From Octopus sinensis (taxonomy: Eukaryota), in assembly GCF_006345805.1 (NCBI RefSeq), contig NC_042998.1:105772001-105836000 (forward strand): a stretch of 64,000 bases of DNA. Reading direction: 5' to 3'. Under the pieces are notes generated by a model. That model saw nothing but the letters and a program-made list of their open reading frames with translations. It made no database searches and was not told the DNA's origin. Of this stretch, positions 12,944 to 25,660 are shown one piece after another. Positions within the stretch are counted from its first letter, which is position 1. Each line of letters begins with the position of its first letter. Made by a program: the position numbers and the translations under genes.

Positions 12944-13002
12944 ATTTGAGAACGTACGTTTCTAGATTAGTCAATTCGACATTTCTTTCTTCAGCTCAGA
13001 AT
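12944..13002 (-). ncRNA. Type I hammerhead ribozyme candidate, array copy 2
   Basis: Identical to copy 1. Confidence 0.65.
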
Positions 13003-13499
13003 TCCTTGAATCGGATTTGGGAACACTGAAAGTCGGGAGCATACCCTTTCGGCTTCTAATCACCTCTAGAATTCTGCTCGAACTAAAAGTGCTATCAAAT
13101 TCGAATATGCAAGCGAAGAATTTCTGCTCTCCCCTTTCCACCAGCGTGGGTTAAAATTGACAAACACCATGTATTAACGGTGAAAACCGCAGCATTTTAC
13201 AGAGAAAGATGAATTATAATTCAACAATTGAGGGTAAAATTAATTAATTATTAATCAATTTCACCAAGTATTCAGTATGTAAAGGGACCATTATAGGCGA
13301 ATTCAAAATATTACATTATATATAAGGGCTTAGTAAAATAAATTACTTTGCCACATACTGAACTCATTAGAAATAGCAGCTAAAGAAATTTCTTCAGCTA
13401 TTTCTAATACTTAAAGAAGATCTCTCTCAGATAGTGTTTGCCTAAACCAACTCACAAAAGTATGGGGGAAAAAACATTAAAAAATCAAGTGCAAAGGTT

Positions 13500-13558
13500 A
13501 TTTGAGAACGTACGTTTCTAGATTAGTCAATTCGACATTTCTTTCTTCAGCTCAGAAT
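13500..13558 (-). ncRNA. Type I hammerhead ribozyme candidate, array copy 3
   Basis: Identical to copy 1. Confidence 0.65.
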
Positions 13559-13709
13559 TCCTTGAATCGGATTTGGGAACACTGAAAGTTGGGAGCATAC
13601 CCTTTCGGCTTCTAATCACCTCTAGAATTCTGCTCGAACTAAAAGTGCTATCAAATTCGAATATGCAAGCGAAGAATTTCTGCTCTCCCCTTTCCACCAG
13701 CGTTATATT

Positions 13710-13744
<35 letters not shown>

Positions 13745-14276
13745 TCTGACTCTTAGCTTTCATATGTTTCAGTCATTAGACTGTTACTATGCTGGGGCAC
13801 TGCTTTGAAGAATATTTAGTTGGGTGAATTGACCTGTTACTTAATTTTTTAAAGCCTGGTACATATTCTATCAGTCTCTTTTAACAAACCATTAAGTTAT
13901 GCTAGAAATAGCAGTAATTCAATCCAGCTCACAATATATAGAAAGTAAGTAACACCCAATCATGGATGAGTATCTACCACTGAGGATGAGCACAAAGAGC
14001 TTGTAGCTGTACTAGACTCATGGCTGGGAGATGGTAAGGGTTCACTCCCCTGCTTGCAATGGATATCAAGTGCAGATTGCAACGAATAACCAACTGGAGA
14101 ATGCATACTCCTGGGGTTAAAATGGTAGTAATGTCAGTTCCTCTATGTGTGTATATATATAAATGAATGAATAACACCAGATGGATGATGTGTCAAGTCA
14201 CAATAGCTCTTTCCAATGAAATTTTAATGGATTAATGGAGACATTACATCATGAGAAAAAAACCCATTTTCACCAG

Positions 14277-14424
14277 GTGTGTGTGTGTGTGTGTACAGGC
14301 AGGCAGACAGGCAGACAGGCAAGCAGGCGGGCAGACAGACAGATAGACAGAAAGACAGACAGACAGAAAGACAGACAGACAGACAGATAGGCAGGCAGAC
14401 AGACAGACAGACAGACAGATAGAC

Positions 14425-14500
<76 letters not shown>

Positions 14501-14502
14501 TA
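14277..14502. repeat. Compound microsatellite (TG)n-(CAGG/CAGA)n-(TAGA)n
   Basis: Direct reading. Confidence 0.95.
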
Positions 14503-15276
14503 GACATGCATACATGTTCATGGCGGGACCATCTTTGATTATATGTGTGCATGGTCAAAGTTGAACTGGATCTAAACATGAACAGCAATTCTCAATGAGT
14601 AGAGATGTTAAATCAACTTTGACAAAATTTGAAATCTGAATGAATAGTGATGAAAATGAATACTATTAGGTGTCTTGAGTAAAACCCTACCTTTTCTATC
14701 ACTGTACTATTTTAATACAATTTACCCACTAGCTGCTCTTAATTAAAGCTCAGTCACTATGCATTGTGTGATATTGAACTTCCAATAATGATGTAAGCAT
14801 TTCCATTTAAAAGAAAGCAATCCGGCATGACTTTTTGGTTTTCTTCTTAATAAGAATCAGAAGTGAGAAATTACTTGTGAAAACAACCTGCATACATAGA
14901 TCACTGAACAAATGTTTGGTAAAGTAAAGCACAGTAGCGTTAAATTGGAAAAGGCATTGTCGCATAGATATATTTGGTTTCTAGTGGGTATTGCTAGGCT
15001 GCAGGCTACACTGTCAGAGCCATTATTATTGATGTGAAAGATATCAATTACTTTTTTGTTTTGTAAAATAAATATGTGGGGATTTTGTTCATATATATGG
15101 CAAAGGGAATTTGTCTTAATCTATAAAACAGATAGATAAACTTAAGACTGAAAGAAAGGAAGAGCCTACTTCATGCTTTATATTTGCATGATCATACTTG
15201 ATAATGCAGTAAAAAAAATAACTTCATGATTTGAATTTGAATTTTTGCTTTATATTTATATCCATCATTTTCTATG

Positions 15277-16160
15277 TACAGGGTGCAGAGAATAAACTGT
15301 GATCTAAACTACGCAAAAATGAAAATAACACAGATATCTCATTTTAACAGATATATTTACCAAAATAAGATAAAAATATCTTGAAAAACTAAAGAGTAAA
15401 TTTGTTCAATAAAATCGCCATTGGCTTCAACCACGGCCTCTAGGCAATGTCAGAATCTCCTGCAACTTTTCTGTATGCTTTCCTTGTTTAAGTTGGTCAA
15501 TGCTGCCATAATCCTTGCCTTCAATTCATCTTTGGTGCTACAAGGAGTTTTGTTGGTCTCTCGCTCAACTGAGACCCACACATAATAATCAAAAGGGTTG
15601 CAGTCTGAAGAGTTAGGTGGCCAAATGTTAGGGATGTTGGGGTTGCAGAAATTATCCGACAGCCATAATTGGGTCCACCTGCTTGTGTGTCATGGCACAG
15701 AGTCCTGTTACCAGACATAGGGCCATCCAGCAGCCACCCTCTGGACTCAGGGCAGGACTACATCCTCCAGGCACTTGATATAGGCCTCCGTGTTGAGTCT
15801 GAGGCCATGTGGGAAGATGAATGGAGGCATAGCGTCACCATCACTAGTGATCACTCCAAACACCATGATGTTGATTGGATGTTTGATTTTTATCACTCTC
15901 AGTGCATGCTCTGGGGACATGGCACGATAACGGTTGTTCTATGTGTTCACCATCTTCTCGTATTGGAGCTTCCAGCACAAATACCAAATAGTACAGCATG
16001 TTGTTTCCAAAATTTTAGCAGAGTGAATTACATCATCATTCTGTTTTCATCACAGACAGTGCCCAACTGACCTTACTATACTGTGTAGTCAACAAAATCA
16101 AAAACAAACAATGCACATGCAAGAAATTAAAAATAGAAAACTTACCCATTGCACCCTGTA
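15277..16160 (-). mobile_element. Internally deleted maT (DD37D-like) Tc1/mariner element
   Basis: TA + cagggtgca ... tgcaccctg + TA TIRs; minus-strand translation gives MVFGVITSDGDAMPPFIFP, PYVW*QDSVPxH, WPPNSSDCNPFDYYVW. Confidence 0.85.
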
Positions 16161-16210
16161 TATATATAAATATAAATATATATGTATCTATATATATATT
16201 TGTAGAGAAC

Positions 16211-16528
16211 ATTTTTTCTCAAAGTGTTATGATTGAGAAAAGAATCTTTGAGGCCTTAGACTCAACACTGAGGCCTACATCAAGTGCCTGGAGGAGGTAG
16301 TCCTGCCCTGAGTCAAGAGGATGGCTGCTGGAAGACCCTATGTCTGGCAACAGGACTCTGTGCCATAACGCACAAGCAGGAGAACCCAGTCATGGCTGTC
16401 AGACAATTTCTGTGAGCACATCACCCCTAACATCTGGACACCTAACTCCCCAGGCTGCAACCCTATTGTCGATTTTTCGACTTTCTAAAAAGGTTCTTTT
16501 CTCAATCTTAACTCTTTAAGAAAAAAAT
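16211..16528. mobile_element. ~40-bp inverted repeats enclosing a plus-strand maT transposase fragment (16252-16468)
   Basis: Arms 16211-16249 and 16489-16528 differ by 4 substitutions and 1 indel; the insert is the reverse complement of 15590-15806. Confidence 0.8.
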
Positions 16529-16922
16529 CTCCAATATTATATCTGTATCAAGGAATTACCAAAACACTCTAAATATATATATGCATGTATTTATGCATGC
16601 ATTTTACATGACACTAACATGATGTATACATGCATGTATGAATGTGTATGTATGTATATATATATATATTTCAATAATTTTATTAAACAGTTATTTACAA
16701 TTATTTACAGCATTCTTTCATGGACCTACATGTGTCTCAACTGCATCAACTGCACACTGTTAGGTGCACATTTTGGTTTTTATTGTCGATGCAGCATTTT
16801 CAGGGTCCATTATTTACCACCATTCAAAGTTAATCAGAAAAAATCAGGAACTTGAATGAATGGAGTGTCTCTTAGGAGGTGTTGGTATTACTATAAATAG
16901 TTGCATCACTCTTATATATATA

Positions 16923-17180
16923 TCATCATCATCATTTAACATCTGTTTTCCATGTGGGTATGGGTTGGATGGTTTGACAGGAGCTGACCTGCCAAAGAGC
17001 TGTCCAGGCTCCAATTGTCTGTTCTGGCATAGCTGCTACATTTGGATGCCCTTCCTAATGCCAACCACTTTGCAGAGCGTACTGGGTGCTTTTCACATGG
17101 CACTGACATGAGTGCTTTATACATGACACTGGAAAGGGTGCATCTTACGTGACACCATCATATATGTATGTATGTGTGAA

Positions 17181-17224
<44 letters not shown>

Positions 17225-17660
17225 TCATCATCACCATGATTATCATTTAACGTCCATTGCTCATGCTGACATGGGTTGGACAGTTTGACTGGGCTGGCAC
17301 ACTGGAAGGGTGCACCAGGCTCAAGTTTGATTTGGCATAGTTTTCTACTGCTGGATGCCCTTCCTAGTGCCAACCACTCCGAGAGTGCAATGGGTGCTTT
17401 TATGTGTCACCACCACAGGTGCCATTTGCATGACACTGGGGTATATTTATGTGTCACCAGCACAGTGCCAATTTGCCTGATGCCGGTTTTTGCCACAACT
17501 GCAATTTTGCTCAGCATGATGGGTCTTCTTCTCAAGGACAATACAATGCCAAAGGTCTCAGTCATTGCCTCTGTAAGCCCAACACTTGAAAGGAACTCAA
17601 ACACTTTGCCTCCATGAGACCCAATGCTCTAAAGGAACTCAGTCACTTTGCTTCCGTATG
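16923..17660 (-). mobile_element. Two adjacent RTE-tail SINE copies
   Basis: (CAT)n starts at ~16923 and ~17222, each followed by the reverse complement of the family core. Confidence 0.8.
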
Positions 17661-17670
17661 ATTCAACACT

Positions 17671-17705
<35 letters not shown>

Positions 17706-20700
17706 TATATAAAAGCTGTTAATAGCACCCTGAAGAAGTGGAAATTAACACCAAAATGCACACCAAGAAGCAAAATTTTGCAGTGTACATGGAATTGCAG
17801 CAGAAACATATGTAAGCACACAAATGGAAAGATGTGATTGGCAGCAGAATAAAACTGAACATATAAATCTCTATTCTCCTTATTATTAATTTATATATAT
17901 ATATATATATGATATACACACGTGTGTGTGAGTGTGTGTGTGCAGCTGTGTGGTAAAGTGACTGCTTCCCAACCACAAGGCTCTAGGTTCAATTCAAATA
18001 TAGCCCTGACTAAATCTTTCTGAATGGATTTAAAAGATGGCAGCTGAAATAGATATATACACACTTACACAGCTGTACAGGTATGTGATAGCTGGATGAG
18101 GTGAGACAGAGAGAAAGAGAGAGATGTACACTGGCATCTGGCTGGTACTTATCTTTAGATGAGTAGATCGGAGCAATGTGAAATATGCTGAAGAACATAA
18201 TGCACAGGAATCAAGCCCAAAGTCTTAATGCCATGACTTAAACACTAAAACCATTAAACCACATTCTTTCATAATAACTTGATAATTATTAACATGATAC
18301 AAAATAACTATAATAATGTGCATGCAGTGAGCACTAACATATAGCTGCATTATAAAAATATAAGGCAGTTAAGTAATATCCATCATCCTATTTATAATTA
18401 GTGCAACTGGATTGACAAATCATCCATAACGATAGACACAGGTATATAGAAAATAGCTATACTAGGATTTGCAAATATTGTTATCTATTGAATTAAATAT
18501 ATTATTGTACTCAAGAAAGTTGTTCAATATCTTAGCATAACATTGAAGTAATTTGCTCCTGCTATGTCAATAATAATTATGCTATTGTTGTTTTGTCATG
18601 GAAAATTATATCAGCTTTATTGTATGCTGGTGGTCTGTCAGTATGTTAAACTACAATATAATTTCCATGTTGTGATTTCTAAAGACTGCTAGAGGTTCAT
18701 ATTGTAACTTTATAATATCATTGTGTTTCCAAAGTATTCAGAAAAAGAACCATTAAGTCAAGTAAAATCACAATCATGGCTGATGCTGGTGTTACACAAA
18801 TGGCACCCATGGTGTGGCACATAAAAGCACCTATTACACTCTTGGAGTGGTTGGCATCAGGAAGGGCATCCAGCCATAGAAACCATATCAAATCAGACTG
18901 GAGTCTGGTGCAGCCTTCCTGGTCAAACCAGCATGGACAATGGACATAAAATGATGATGAAGATGATGTTGATGATGTTGATGGTGTGTGATATCTTGAC
19001 AGAATGTCATGTATTGTTTCCAAGAAATCACAACACAAGTGATATTTGTCATCTATATTGTCAGAACCATAATGATACTAATGTACAGACACTCACATGC
19101 TACATGTAATGATAGCCATAGTTATGTTATTGAAAACAGTAATATTAAAAGTTTTAAGCAACACTAGAGCATTCTTATACAGTATTTGTTAACCTTCAAC
19201 AATTTTAGGCATGTTTTCAGAGATTGGCCTAATTCTGTTTCAAGAAATGAAATTCTTGGTGTATTTTTTAAACCAATGAATAATAATAAAGGTAATAATA
19301 ATGATAGTTTCTACCTTTGGTGCAAATCTGGCAATTTTGATGGTAGGGTGTTTGTGTTAATCAAACCAACCTTAGTGCTTGACTGATAATTTATTTTATT
19401 GACACCATCCTCCCAGATGGATAAATGGCGAAGTTGACCTTGAACTCAAATGCAAAGACTCAGAACAAGACACTTTTTTCAGATGCTTTAATGATTCTGC
19501 CAAGCTACCACCTTCTTTAACCGGTTCCTAATTTAGGCACAAGGCCAGCAGCTTTTCAATGGAGTGAGTTAATTGATATCATTGACTCCGGTACTTGACT
19601 AATCTCTTATTTTATCAACCCTAGAGGGATAAAGAACAAGGCTGACCAGAGTAGGATTTGAACTCAGAATGGAAAGGGTCAGAATATTTTTGTTTGATAT
19701 GCTAACACTTCTGCCAATCCACTATATGATAATTTGATATCAAATATGAAATAGCAGGCTGATATTTTTGTCTTTATGAACAGAAACAATTCTTATTTTC
19801 CACAGCTATCTCAATTGCAAATCCAGAGAGGAAAAAGCATCCAAAGTTCTAAAGATTATTGTATCTTTGACTAGTCTAAGGTTACTGAATACTAAATAAC
19901 TGGGGATTTAATCATTATAAACTTTGATATTTTTAGCATATCATAATTATCGATTGGGATTTGTTAAAATTCTCAAAATTTTAATAAGTGACAGAATTAA
20001 TGGTTATCAAAGTTGATCATTCTGACTACTAAAGTCATGAGTCAGGAAAATTCTTTCATTTAAATGAAAAGTCCTTTATTTTGATGCATTAAACAACCAA
20101 TGGAAAGACAGGAAGAAAAGTGGGAGGGACAACAAAGAAGGCTAGGAAAAGAAAAGTGAGTTGAAGAAATTCAGTTACTTATTTTCTGAGTTGTTAACAG
20201 AGTAAGGAAACATTTTCATAATAGCTTGACCTGCAAAAAGTAAAAACCAAATCACCCATACATTAAATCTTGCCTGTCTTAAAAAAATGGAATGACACAT
20301 AGTATAATGTACTTCCATATTCAGTATGCTTGGATGTAACCAGGACTACTTTGTCTATTGTGTCCTTCCTATTTTGAATGACAGGATATAATTTGAGGAA
20401 GATTTGGCTGTTGTTTCTTGCGGGTTCAGTAGCCTTGTTAAAAATTCCTTGTTGGCATTGCTACTGCCTCTGACTTCATTCATGTTTGTGCATTATTGTT
20501 ATTATTTGTTGAATTTTTATTGCCATTGTTTTTGATATACCTATTGGAATTTAGTTGTTGTTATTGTTATTGTAACTGTTTAACCCCAGGTCAGGCTTGT
20601 CTGAGTAAACTTATGATCAAAGACACTTCATCCATGACCATCTCATCACTTTTCAGGCATTGTGTATTTTGGCCTTTATTATACAATATGTCCTTTTTTA

Positions 20701-21110
20701 GAAAATGCTACGTTATTAGGTGAATGCTCATTTACTGCTGTTCTTGTTTTTCTTGTGTACACTCAAATCAGCTATGATTAAGTACAATTGTTATTCCACC
20801 CATGACCATTCTATTCTTTTCTCAGGCATTGTCTTTCTAGAATTAGATTATTCAACATGTCCTTTCACTTTCAAATTAGAAGGGTGTAATTTAATGGTGA
20901 TTTGGCTGCTATTCCTAGCAAGGCAAGCAACCACGTAACTCCTCACCCATTTACTTGTAGTGTTGTTGTTGTTGTTGTTGACTGCAGTAGTGGTGGTGGT
21001 GATGTTCTTATTGTCAGTATTGCTGTTTATACTACCTGTGTTGTTGCTGTTGTTGTTGTTGGAAAGGCATCACTCTTACATAAGTTCAATACCTGAATAC
21101 ATGCCAATAC

Positions 21111-21218
21111 CTCAACCATATTATTCTAAGAGAATTCCTAATCAAAGTGTCATGTTTCCCTGACGATTCCAAACGGTGAAAAACTTTAAGTGATTTTTGG
21201 ATCACATCCATTTCCAAA
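21111..21218 (-). other. Candidate symmetric 108-nt exon (LEMDVIQKSLKVFHRLESSGKHDTLIRNSLRIIWL)
   Basis: Pyrimidine-rich tract then actag| acceptor, AG|GTATTG donor, open phase 2-2 frame; no homology recognised. Confidence 0.25.
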
Positions 21219-23223
21219 CTAGTTTGGTATGGTGGGTGCGTGGTATGGCAAGATAACAAGGAATAAGAAAAGAAGAAAATAGCATGAAATAGAGAGTTAG
21301 AATAATAACAGTTTTGGTGGTGGTGGTGGTGGTGGTGGTGGTGGTAGCGACGGCGGCGGCGGCGACAGCAGCAGCGAAGGTTTAGATGATGGACATTCCC
21401 CTCAACCCCTCTCATTCCATTGCTGTTAGTTATATTGCTTCTGTTAATGAAACTGCCAGCATCAATGGAGTCAGAACTATTGTCAATGATGTGAGAGATT
21501 AGGGATGGTGGAAAATAACATCATGGTACAATCAGTGTGTGATAATGGTGACCATGGGGATAGTAATTATGGTTTTATTGAAAGAGCAGGCTAGCAGGAT
21601 TAGTTGAGTATTAGACCAAAAGAATTAAGCGAATTAATTGTTGTGTCCCTCAACCTTTTTAGTTCTAACGTCAGATGGATGAAAAGTAATATTGTTCCAT
21701 AATTCCAAGAATTGATATGTATAAAATAAAAAGTACCAGTAATATATTGGTATTGAGTTCACTGATTTACACACCACTTTTTCAATGAAATTCACTTCTG
21801 GCTATTTAATCAAAGAAATGTGAAGGCACATGGTCAAGCAGTTAGGGTGTTACACTCAGAATCATGAGATTGTGGTTTCAATTCTGGTAGTGCATTGTGT
21901 TCTTCAGCAAAACATTGCATTTCTTATTGCTCCAGTCCTCTCAGCAATATATGAATAACTCTGCAATGAACTGTATCCCATCCAGGGGTAATGTTGAAAT
22001 TTCAATCACTTGTATACCATGGAAACTGAATAACTGGCCCTATGAGTCCCAAGACTCAAGAGAGTAATGTCCAGGGACTCAGTCCAAAAAGTGAAGAATC
22101 CAAACAAGCACTTGACCTGTTAGAAAGATCAGCCAATCTCCCTCAGATCACACCAACTGTATTAAAGAAGGATGCCAATACAATATACAAGTTTTACTAA
22201 TCATATGTATTTTACAGCATTTTAAGTCTACATTTTGCTAAATTATCAAAATTCTTCATTGTCTCTCAGTATGATGAATGCTGGATTATTGCTAAAATAT
22301 TTAAGCTTGTTTTACAATACCCCCATTCTATAAAAGGGACAGTGAATCCTTAAACCTGTAAGATATGACTAAAAATGTTGTTTATATGACATACCTATAG
22401 ATAACATTACACTTAAAATCAGCAGCAACATTTCCAAAATGCCATTGATAGATTACTTTCCATGGAGCACAATGGTGTTGCCAAAATGATATACTGTGCC
22501 AAACATTTGGAAAAATGCTCTAAAACAAATATAGAAAATATTTCTAATGTTGAGTTCATTCATACGTTTTAACACAAGGAATATTGGTTGAACATTTCCA
22601 TCAAAACGTCTGTCAATAGAAATAGTTGTTTGGTGCAGAAAACAAGAATGATATGCTGTTATAGAAGTCAGCTTTAGAGTGAATGTCAACATTTCTTTCA
22701 AAATCAATGAAGAAGAGAATATTTATGGAAAACTTCTATAAACCCTAAGAGCTTCTCTATACAGATTATAAACTTACATATGCAGTCATCATCATTGGTG
22801 GCTTTGGTTATGTTAATAAATGTCAAAGTTGTGACATTGGAAAGCTGTGATTTTAGGTAAAGAAAGAAATCAACTAAAATTGGTAAGCTGAAGAGTAGAA
22901 ATATACAAGTAGTTTCTGAAATTCAGCATGTTATTCCCCACTTTTATTGTTAAGTTCCAGTGGATGAGATTGTTTTCTCGGCCAGGAACGAATCCTTTTT
23001 TTAGGAGGAATTCAAAAACACTTAGTTTTGTTTCATATCTGCCCTCAACCACCCACCACCTTTGTTCACCACTCACTGCATTCACTCTATGCGCCCCTGA
23101 CATCATCTAAACCTTTGCTGCTGCTGCAGCCACCACTGCTACCACCACCACCAACAACAACAACAAAAACACCAACACCACCACCACCTGACATCCTCCA
23201 CCCCTATCACGATGCATCCCTTA

Positions 23224-23271
<48 letters not shown>

Positions 23272-23539
23272 CCCCACACTGTTACAGCTTTTACCCCCCA
23301 CCCCTCTCACCATCTCCCTTTCTTTCCTTCTTACCCTTTCTAGAGCCATAATATAATTCTGCTGCTCTTTACCCCTTGTATACTGTCACTCATCCCCTCT
23401 TCTCCCCTGGACCAATTCCATTCACATCAACCCTTCATTCTTATCACTTTTACCTCAGCTCATATTTACCATTGACCACTTCTCTACCCTTGTTCACGAT
23501 TAACTGCATTCACTCCTACCTCCATCTCTAACCATCTCA

Positions 23540-25660
23540 CACTTAGACCTTAGTTCGTGGGGCAAGTCACTAGGATCTCAAAGAACAGGATTGAATACCA
23601 CAAAGCTATCAAGATGCAATCTTGACATATTAGCACTATGTGAAATTTGCTTTACAGAAGAAGGCAAACTTATTAAAATGGGAAGCAGACAAATTTTCAC
23701 TTGTTGTTCTTAATGGAATATTAATGAGCACAGAGAAGCTAGCTTAGGCTTGTAATTACAAATGACATTGTTAAAGAACATGTCAGAGCTAAAAGAAATG
23801 AAAACAAAGGACTACTTCCATAAAATGAAAATGTAAGAATTATCAGCAATTATTCCCTTACAAGAATAAAGTCTGAAGATACTAAAAAGAAACCCTTTTT
23901 GTAGATGAGAATCATTATTTCACTACCTTTAGTTTTAAAACACTTGATTTTTCTTATGGTCTTGTCTTCTGAATTTCTTTTCACAATAGTTACAACTTTA
24001 AGTTTTCAAATGAGCAGTCTTTAAGCAGTCTAACAATGAGATCAGTATTATTGCCATTCTTATTTTTGGTAATGATGATACCAATAAAATCAACAACCAT
24101 GAGTGATGGAGCATCCATATAATTTATAATATGTGAGAAAACAAAACAAGATATACAAGATAATCAAACTGATCTAAGCATAATAGTCCAGAAGTAAAAT
24201 CCATAACTATTAAACTTCTGAGTCAATGCTTGCCAATTACTCCCGTTCAGATATAATCTTCATCAGCTCTTGCCTGAAAATCTCCAATCTAGAAAGGTAT
24301 TTATCTTTGGAGATTTTCAGGCAAGAGTTGATAAAGATTATGATATCTGAACGGGAGTAATTGGCACAAAAAGTGTGATGGAAAGCTAAAAAGAAAATGT
24401 TAAACTTTAAAAAAATTAGTGTCGATATAAGGCAGCCTTCAATAAACTGAGTAAAAATACATAGAAACAATGATTAGTCTAAAAAAAAACAATGAAAACA
24501 TAGAACCCACATAAACCAAAAGAATAAATTGTTTCTAATTTTAATCCATGCAGTTGTTTCAGAGGATGTCTCCGAAAGGAGACTAACAAAATTGTACACA
24601 AATCCAGTTTAGACATTCAAAGATGTGGGTAGAGTAAAATAGCCATTTATGAATCGTATTTAATGTATATGCACTATCAATAGGCTAGTTACAGCAGTAT
24701 TTGTCCCAAGATAAAATGCCTTATGGATTTGTTGTATAAAAAATCACACTGAGTATGAGGTAAAGACAAAGGCTTGTCCCAGCAGCAGCAGCCAACAACA
24801 ATATGAGGTACATTTCAACCTTTTTAAGGTCACATACTCAGATAGGAATTTTTTGTCTCTGATATAAGGAGAAGTGATTAAAATATTTGCTGATTTTCCA
24901 AATAGCTGCATGGCTGATTAAATATCTGGTATATGAAATTGAAAGAGTGTTTAATTAAAACAGCCTTCTATAATCATACTTAATGTATACACAATGTTGA
25001 TAGTGCCAAATTCATTTCAGTTTATAGGAAATCCATGAGAGATGTTATCGCAAAATAAGTACTGCAGTAACTGGCCTATTGAGTATGTGTATATATTAAA
25101 TATGATATAAGGATGGCTATTTTAAGTAAACACTGCTTTGATTGCATATTCCAGGAAACAAAAGAAACAAAAATTAGAGATAGGAAGAGCAATAAAATTT
25201 TTGTTAATGTCTGAAAGAATTATACAGCATCATCCTTTGGGATGATTATCTTTGTTAAATTCAAACAGCAGCATTCAATTTTTTAAAGTAAAGCCAGAAA
25301 ATTCTGAACAATTTAGCTGAACACTTTCAAAACATTTTCAATAATAAATCCACAATAAAGACGCAATTGATGTAGATCTAACTGATCCACCTAACTTTTC
25401 TGAAGCCATTGATGCAACTAAATAGCTTTCAAATAATAAACACTCAGGTGCAGATGTTATCCAAGCTAAAATTTATAAAGCTGGCTCTCATATTGATTGA
25501 CAAATTTCTTAAATTGTTTAATCTTATATGGCAGAAGGAAGGTGCCCCACAAGACTTGAAAGATGCTTCAAACAATCAGTTTTAGATGCATAAGGATAAC
25601 AGGCATGTGACATATCACTGTGGTATTTTCCTTTTATCAATATTAGGCAAAGTTATTAGG
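23540..25660 (+). mobile_element. Decayed RTE (BovB-like) LINE: APE endonuclease and RT start, with an internal inverted segment
   Basis: KLSRCNLDILALCEICFTEEG, GDFQARVDKD..GVIG, EHFQNIFN, NNKHSGADVIQAKIYKAG, LIWQKEGAPQDLKDA, GIFLLSILGKV. Confidence 0.8.

Larger units (their letters stand above)
12105..13703 (-). mobile_element. Young tandem array, 557-bp unit x ~2.9, with a 14-bp TSD (retrozyme-like or tandem Penelope pseudo-LTR)
   Basis: Periods of 557 and 556 nt (acaattgagg at 12111, 12668, 13224); only 3 substitutions and one 1-nt indel seen among copies; tatatttaaatata at 12091-12104 and 13704-13717. Confidence 0.9.

Noticed and set aside
12105-13703. CRISPR array, rDNA/5S unit or protein-coding repeat (ORF 13527-13763)
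   Set aside because: Whole units are identical with no spacers, no rRNA similarity was recognised, and the ORF starts in a TA tract with no domain.
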